Assembly (NCBI GenBank): GCA_033763315.1
Contig: JANRKS010000007.1
Coordinates: 160,001-224,000, forward strand
Source of the DNA: Deltaproteobacteria bacterium
GTDB lineage: Bacteria; Myxococcota_A; Polyangia; Fen-1088
Direction of reading: 5' to 3'
Length of the DNA stretch: 64,000 nt
The position numbers were made by a program, and so were the translations under genes. Shown piece after piece: positions 58,504-64,000 of the stretch. The notes under the pieces are model-generated. The model was not told where the DNA came from. It did not search any database and worked only from the letters and a program-made list of their open reading frames with translations. Positions within the stretch are counted from its first letter, which is position 1. The number at the start of each line of letters is the position of its first letter.

Positions 58504-59751
58504 ATGAACCTGGTGTGGTTTGGCCTGTGGTGGGTGGCGCGCACGGTAGGATCGCCGGCAACGGTGGAACCTGAATTGTGTTTGAGGGGCGGCCAGGTGG
58601 TTGATCCAGTGGCGCACACCGTTGTAGCCGCCGACGTGCGCATTGCCGGCAGCAAGGTGCAGCAGGTGAAAGCAGGCGCGTGCCGCAAGGACAGCCTGGA
58701 TGTGCAAGGCGCCTTCGTGCTGCCCGGCTTCGTCGATGCGCACGTTCATTCGTGGGGCAACCCCTCGCCTGTTGCCGAAGCAGACGACGAAGAGTGGGGC
58801 GATGAAAAGAACGCGCAACGCATGTTGCAGGCCGGTGTGGTGGGCTTTTTGAGCATGACCGGTGAGCCTGAGGATCTGGCGCTGCGCGATCGCGTGCGTG
58901 CGTCGCCTGCCCACGCGCAGATCGTGTTGGCCTCGCCCACAGGGTCTTATGAAAATGGTGATCGGCAAGCGCGTGCACGCATCCGTGCGATGGCGGCCAC
59001 GAAGCCCGATTTCATCAAGCTGTTCGCCGGCGGGCCACAGCTGGCCACAATGATGGACGAAGCCAAAACGATGCGTCTGCCAACGGTGGTGCACATCGCT
59101 TCGTGGCCAGATGCCTTGGTGGCCATTGAAGCCGGGGCCACGGCGATCACCCACTTGGAAGATGAAGTGGTGATCCCTGACAACGTTGTGCAAGCGATGC
59201 TCAAACACAAAACGGTATCGATACCCACCATGGCTGTTCAATGCGATATGGCCATGCTCGCCCAGCCGGCGGCGCCCGAAGCCGCGTGGTTGCGCGATCC
59301 GTTGCTCGCGCGCGTGGCAGGAAAACGCGTGCTTGCCCAATACACAAAACCCGAAGCGTGGAGTGCACGCACGCGGCGCACGATCGAGTGGCAAAGCGCG
59401 GGCTGTAAAGCCAACGATTTTGCTTCCATCAAAAAGTTAGTGAAGGCCGGGGTGCCCATTGTCGCCGGATCGGACACGGGCAACTTGGGCACATTCCAAG
59501 GGTACTCCTTGCACCGCGAGATGCACTTGCTGGTGCAAGCAGGGCTATCTGTGTGGCAGGCGCTGGCGGCTGGCACCACTTCCGCGTCACGTTTTTTGGG
59601 GCTGCCCTACGGCGTGCGTGTGGGCGACGAAGCCAGCTTGGTGGTTTTGGATCGCTCGCCACTGGCTGACATCCGCAACACAACGACCATTCGGCACGTC
59701 ATTCGTCACGGGCGGCTCGTGCCCCGCGGACCAGCCGTCTTGCCAAGATGA
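58504..59751 (+). CDS. Amidohydrolase family protein
   Basis: PGFVDAHVH, IKL, VH, THL, AGSDTGN. Confidence 0.9.
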   Translation: MNLVWFGLWWVARTVGSPATVEPELCLRGGQVVDPVAHTVVAADVRIAGSKVQQVKAGACRKDSLDVQGAFVLPGFVDAHVHSWGNPSPVAEADDEEWGDEKNAQRMLQAGVVGFLSMTGEPEDLALRDRVRASPAHAQIVLASPTGSYENGDRQARARIRAMAATKPDFIKLFAGGPQLATMMDEAKTMRLPTVVHIASWPDALVAIEAGATAITHLEDEVVIPDNVVQAMLKHKTVSIPTMAVQCDMAMLAQPAAPEAAWLRDPLLARVAGKRVLAQYTKPEAWSARTRRTIEWQSAGCKANDFASIKKLVKAGVPIVAGSDTGNLGTFQGYSLHREMHLLVQAGLSVWQALAAGTTSASRFLGLPYGVRVGDEASLVVLDRSPLADIRNTTTIRHVIRHGRLVPRGPAVLPR

Positions 59752-59775
59752 ACTTGCGTTGGCATGGTCTAACCT

Positions 59776-60588
59776 ATGTCTTCACCTTCGCCGCTTTCGC
59801 AGCCTGAGCCTTGGAACCTCGTGTCCCCGGGTTACGTGGACATCCTGTTGCCCGAGTTTACGAAGTACGCACGCAAAGCCCTGGAACAAGTGGCACCGGC
59901 TGAGACCGCACACGTGTTAGACGTGGCCACGGGGCCAGGCACATTCGCGCTTTTGGCCGCAGCGCAAGTGCAGCAAGTGACGGGCATCGATTTTGCGCAT
60001 GACATGTTGAACGCCGCTCGCAAACATGCCGCCGAGCAAGGCTTGCGCAACGTTGAATTTCACGAAGGCGACGCGCAGACGCTGCCGTTTCCCGACAACA
60101 CCTTCGACGCTGCCTTTTCCATCTTTGGCCTCATTTTCTTCCCCAACCGAATTCAAGGTCTCAAAGAGATGCGCCGTGTGCTCAAACCGGGCGGCAAAGT
60201 GGGCCTCACAAGCTGGGTGCCGTTCAAAGAGGTGCCGTTGATCGAAGCCGTGTTCACTGTGATTGCTCAGCATTTGTCCACGCCCTTTGGCAGCGACGGG
60301 CCTCCGCCCTTGGGCACGCCGGAATTGATTCACGAAGAATTTAGCGCCGCCGGTTTTGCGAACGTCGACGTCAAGCGCATCGAGAACACGGTGCACGAGC
60401 CATCACTGCACGCTTACTGGGAATCCATGGTTCGTTCCACCGCACCACTCACGCTGCTGCGCAAACGCCTGGGTGACGGATGGGCCGCCTTCGAGCAACG
60501 CGTGTTTGCTGATCTGCAGCAGCGCTTCGGTGCAGGGCCGGTGAGTGTAACGATGCCCGCGTGGCTCACTGTGGCCAGCAATCCGTAA
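59776..60588 (+). CDS. Class I SAM-dependent methyltransferase
   Basis: VLDVATGPG, GDAQTLPFPDNTFD, RVLKPGG. Confidence 0.92.
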   Translation: MSSPSPLSQPEPWNLVSPGYVDILLPEFTKYARKALEQVAPAETAHVLDVATGPGTFALLAAAQVQQVTGIDFAHDMLNAARKHAAEQGLRNVEFHEGDAQTLPFPDNTFDAAFSIFGLIFFPNRIQGLKEMRRVLKPGGKVGLTSWVPFKEVPLIEAVFTVIAQHLSTPFGSDGPPPLGTPELIHEEFSAAGFANVDVKRIENTVHEPSLHAYWESMVRSTAPLTLLRKRLGDGWAAFEQRVFADLQQRFGAGPVSVTMPAWLTVASNP

Positions 60589-60593
60589 GCGCT

Positions 60594-62144
60594 TCACATC
60601 ACCGCGCCAAGCGGCCACGGCGCAAACTCGGCTTCACCCATACCAAGCAGTTCGCTCTTGGTGCGTTCGCCACTGGCCACGCGTACGATGCGTTCAAACA
60701 CGCGCTGACCGCACGCCTGCAGCGTGTCCGAGCCATCCACGATGCCGCCACAGTTCTCGTCCATGTCGTCTTCCATCCGCTGGTAAAGCGCCGTGTTCGT
60801 GGCCAATTTGATCGAGGGCGTTGGCACACAGCCATATACGGAACCGCGCCCGGTGGTAAAGCAAATCAAGTTCGCGCCCGCGGCCACTTGGCCCGTGGCT
60901 GAAACGGGGTCATAGCCAGGGCTATCCATAAAATTGAAACCGCGCTTCACCAAAGGCTCTGCATATCGCAGCACATCCACCAAGTTCGTGCTGCCGGCTT
61001 TCGCGACGGCACCAAGCGACTTTTCCAAGATGGTGGTAATGCCGCCCGCCTTATTTCCGGGCGAAGGGTTGTTGTCCAAGCTGCCGCCGAATTTGTCCAC
61101 GTAGGTTTGCCACCACGCCATCAGATCCAGCATTTTTTGCCCCACTTGTGGTGTCACCGCCCGACGGGTCAGCAGATGCTCGGCGCCATACGCTTCGGGT
61201 GTTTCGGATAAAATCACGCTGCCGCCATGGCGAACCAAAATGTCTGAGGCCACGCCCAAGGCAGGGTTGGCAGTGATGCCTGAGTACCCATCCGAACCAC
61301 CGCACTGCAAGCCAACGGTCAAGTGAGACAAAGGCACGGTGGTCCGTTGTGCTTGATTCGCTTCGGCGAGCAACTCTCGCACGGCCGCGATGCCACGCTC
61401 GATCGTCTTGCGTGTTCCGCCTTCGGTTTGAATGGTTAGTGTGGGCATGGTCGGGCGCGCTTGCGCCAACCGTCCCAGGCGCACCAACTCTGAAACCTGG
61501 TTCACTTCGCACCCCAAGCCAATCACCAACACGGCGCCAAAATTGGGATGCTTGACGTAGCCCGCCAGCGTACGCCGAAGCGTGTCCAGATCGTCGCCGG
61601 TGCCCGCCATGCCACAACCGGTTTTGTGCGTAAGAGCCACAACGCCATCAACGTTGCCAAAACCCGCCAGGGCTTTGTCGCGATCACGAAACGCGTCGGC
61701 CACCATCCGCGCCACCGACGCCGAGCAATTGACCGACGTCAAAATGCCAACGTAGTTGCGCGTGCCGGCACGGCCGTCGGCGCGCAGAAAGCCCTGGAAG
61801 GTCCCGGGTTCGGATGCAAACGCTGTGGGCTTCACATCCGCCGAGAAAGCCCAGTCGCGATCAAGTTTGGCAAACGCCACATTGTGGGAGTGCACATGAT
61901 CGCCAGGCACAATCGCCGCGCTGGCAAAGCCGATCACCTGGCCATAACGGCGCAACGGCTCGCCTTCGCGCACAGGGGCGGTGGCCACCTTGTGACCCGC
62001 CGGAATGTCGGCGCGCACCATCACCTCGCGCCCCTCGTCCCCAAAGGCGTCGCCAACCGATAAGGCGACGCGCGCGACCACCACGTTGTCCACGGGGGAA
62101 AGACGCAAGATCGAAGGCTTTTGGTTTTCCATGGTCAGGCTCAT
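60594..62144 (-). CDS. uxaA: Altronate dehydratase family (UxaA/GarD) protein
   Basis: SAF domain, GTRNY, CGGSDGYSGITANP, NPSPGNKAGG, FTTGRGS. Confidence 0.88.
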   Translation of the reverse strand: MSLTMENQKPSILRLSPVDNVVVARVALSVGDAFGDEGREVMVRADIPAGHKVATAPVREGEPLRRYGQVIGFASAAIVPGDHVHSHNVAFAKLDRDWAFSADVKPTAFASEPGTFQGFLRADGRAGTRNYVGILTSVNCSASVARMVADAFRDRDKALAGFGNVDGVVALTHKTGCGMAGTGDDLDTLRRTLAGYVKHPNFGAVLVIGLGCEVNQVSELVRLGRLAQARPTMPTLTIQTEGGTRKTIERGIAAVRELLAEANQAQRTTVPLSHLTVGLQCGGSDGYSGITANPALGVASDILVRHGGSVILSETPEAYGAEHLLTRRAVTPQVGQKMLDLMAWWQTYVDKFGGSLDNNPSPGNKAGGITTILEKSLGAVAKAGSTNLVDVLRYAEPLVKRGFNFMDSPGYDPVSATGQVAAGANLICFTTGRGSVYGCVPTPSIKLATNTALYQRMEDDMDENCGGIVDGSDTLQACGQRVFERIVRVASGERTKSELLGMGEAEFAPWPLGAVM

Positions 62145-62254
62145 TTTATAGCACTATAACACCGCCGCTGCCGACCCGTTTTTAGGCTGAAAGCTTAGCT
62201 GGCCAAACGGCGCTCATGGCCACTGTGGACGGTGCCTGGTAAATCTAGTCGACT

Positions 62255-64000
62255 TTGTACACCAAGGTCGTGGAAGCCATCCGTCGCGCCGCGCCGCCCG
62301 CCATCTGGGGCCGCGGCGTCAAGCTGTGCCGTGACGGCGAAGGCGTGGTCCTGGAATCGCAAGACAAGGACGAGCTGGTGCTGCGGGTGCGCGCGCCCGG
62401 CGTAACCGTGGCCCCGACGGTTGTGATTTACCCGGGGGAGCTTGAGTGGGACTGCGACTGCGAGGGACGCATGCGCCCTTGCGAGCACATAACCGCTGCC
62501 GCGATTGCGCTGTCACAGACCGACGGGCAACCGGCAGCCATGAAAACCGCCAACACCACCGGCGGTCGCCTGGTCTACCGCTTCACCAGCAGCGAAAACG
62601 GCTTGATGGTGGAGCGCTTCATTGCCAACGCCGCGGGCGAAGAGAAGCCGCTCGTCTCGTCATTGGCCGCGATGTTGTCAAAACCAAGCGAAGCCTCGCT
62701 CGTGCACCCAGAAGAGCCCGACCTGCGCGCAGACCGCGTGCTTGAAAGCCGCGCGCGTGGCGTGTTGGCGGCGGACCAGTTGCGTGCGTTGATTGCCATC
62801 TTGGCGGACGCCCCGCGCGTGTTTTTGGATGGCAATGCGGTCAGTGTGTCAGCCGAGGAAGTCCTGCCGTTTGCCACCATCAAGGATGAAGGCCACGACG
62901 TGGTGTTGACGATCGCCGCGGATCCCCGCGTGAAAAAGGCCGTCGCCACCGGCGTGGTGTTGTGTGCCAGTCCACCGGAGGTCGGCACCACCGGCACGCT
63001 GGCGCTCGTGGGCGAATCCGAACTGTGTGGCGCGCGTTTGCAGAACCTTCCCTCAGTGCAGCGCTTTTCAGTGGCAGCGCTCGGCGAGTTGAAAACGAGG
63101 ATCGTTCCTGATCTGGAAACGCGCATGAAGGTGCAGATTCAAAGCCAGCGCCTGCCACGCGTCACCCGTGATCTGGCACCGCGCATTCAGATCGAACTTA
63201 ACCATTTGGGCACGGGTCTAAGCGCGATGGCCACGTTGGTGTATGGCGATCCGCCCTGCGCGCGCATTGATGAGGGCCGCATGGTGCACCTTTCGGGGCC
63301 CGTGCCCGTGCGTGATGAAGTGGCTGAACGCAAACTGCTGCTGCGCTTGCGCGAAGAGCTGGACCTTTTGCCAGGCCGCCGCGTGCAATTTCAAAATGAA
63401 GACGCCACACGCTTTGCAGCGCGTTTGGCGCGCTTTCGTGGCGAGCTTAAGGGCGACGCCGCTCGCGAGTTTTCTTCGCGCTACAAACTGGTGCCGCGGT
63501 TGTTGGCCTCTGCGCTGGGCGCACAACAAGACGGCCCCCCGCAACTTTCATTTCAGATGGCCTTCGACGTGGTGGGTGCTGAACGCGGCGGCGACACAAG
63601 CCGCCAGGTGGATGCCCCTTCTGTGTTGCGGGCCTGGGAACAAGGCTTGGGCCTCGTGCCACTTCAAGGTGGAGGTTTTGCACCTTTGCCGCTCGATTTT
63701 CTAGAGAAGCACGGCGCGCGGTTGGCGGCGTTGCTGGCTGCACGCGATGACCGCGGACACGTGGCGGGGCATGCCTTGGCGGATCTGGCGCAGCTATGCG
63801 ACGATCTGAACGCGCCCAAACCCGCGGCGCTCAAACGCCTCACACCGCTGTTCGAAAGCTTCGATCGTCTGCCACCGCCGCAATTGCCCAGCGATTTGCA
63901 AGCGACGCTGCGCCCCTATCAGAAGCAGGGCGTGTCGTGGTTGCAGTTCCTGCGCACGGCGGGCCTCGGTGGCGTGCTTGCCGATGACATGGGCTTGGGC
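62255..64000 (+). CDS. SWIM zinc finger + SNF2/DEAD-box helicase, 3' end runs off the window
   Basis: Not in the ORF track. Manual translation from TTG at 62255 gives [14 protein letters not shown] (SWIM), and the same frame ends [12 protein letters not shown]...[11 protein letters not shown] (SNF2 motif I). Confidence 0.92.
   Translation, partial: MYTKVVEAIRRAAPPAIWGRGVKLCRDGEGVVLESQDKDELVLRVRAPGVTVAPTVVIYPGELEWDCDCEGRMRPCEHITAAAIALSQTDGQPAAMKTANTTGGRLVYRFTSSENGLMVERFIANAAGEEKPLVSSLAAMLSKPSEASLVHPEEPDLRADRVLESRARGVLAADQLRALIAILADAPRVFLDGNAVSVSAEEVLPFATIKDEGHDVVLTIAADPRVKKAVATGVVLCASPPEVGTTGTLALVGESELCGARLQNLPSVQRFSVAALGELKTRIVPDLETRMKVQIQSQRLPRVTRDLAPRIQIELNHLGTGLSAMATLVYGDPPCARIDEGRMVHLSGPVPVRDEVAERKLLLRLREELDLLPGRRVQFQNEDATRFAARLARFRGELKGDAAREFSSRYKLVPRLLASALGAQQDGPPQLSFQMAFDVVGAERGGDTSRQVDAPSVLRAWEQGLGLVPLQGGGFAPLPLDFLEKHGARLAALLAARDDRGHVAGHALADLAQLCDDLNAPKPAALKRLTPLFESFDRLPPPQLPSDLQATLRPYQKQGVSWLQFLRTAGLGGVLADDMGLG

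Noticed and set aside
62195-63987. Short ORFs listed at the window end
   Set aside because: Shadows of the SWIM-SNF2 reading frame starting at 62255.

Overview
GC-rich bacterial window whose gene repertoire (Gly-rich lipoproteins, DUF1592/DUF1552 pair, ECF-FecR/TPR module, Ser/Thr kinase-TPR, SWIM-SNF2) points to a myxobacterium of the Polyangia type; the taxonomy is inferred, not searched. Two core-like blocks flank a ~19 kb accessory region. The left block (1-14.7 kb) holds DUF3536/GH57, TetR, SDR, MFS, a metallophosphoesterase, a NUDIX hydrolase and a tandem double UvrA. The right block (33.8-64 kb) holds fpr/finR, a degenerate GGDEF protein, a B12 radical SAM, moaB, a peptide ABC transporter, a kinase, an ECF-to-DUF1552 cluster, hemN, uxaA and SNF2. 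The accessory region (~14.75-33.8 kb) carries secreted beta-propeller proteins, lipoproteins, a broken IS66 and gene debris. The best candidate for an undescribed system is a tightly coupled four-gene operon at 19687-22767 (-). It encodes a Tat-exported 345-aa protein with a C-terminal GCG...CGMGH motif, a lipoprotein, an intact DUF692/MNIO iron oxidase and a small partner protein, and I see no short precursor peptide nearby. It lies in an ~8.2 kb segment bracketed by a degenerate ~100-bp direct repeat. No rRNA, tRNA or CRISPR array was recognised. All family calls come from motif recognition by eye.
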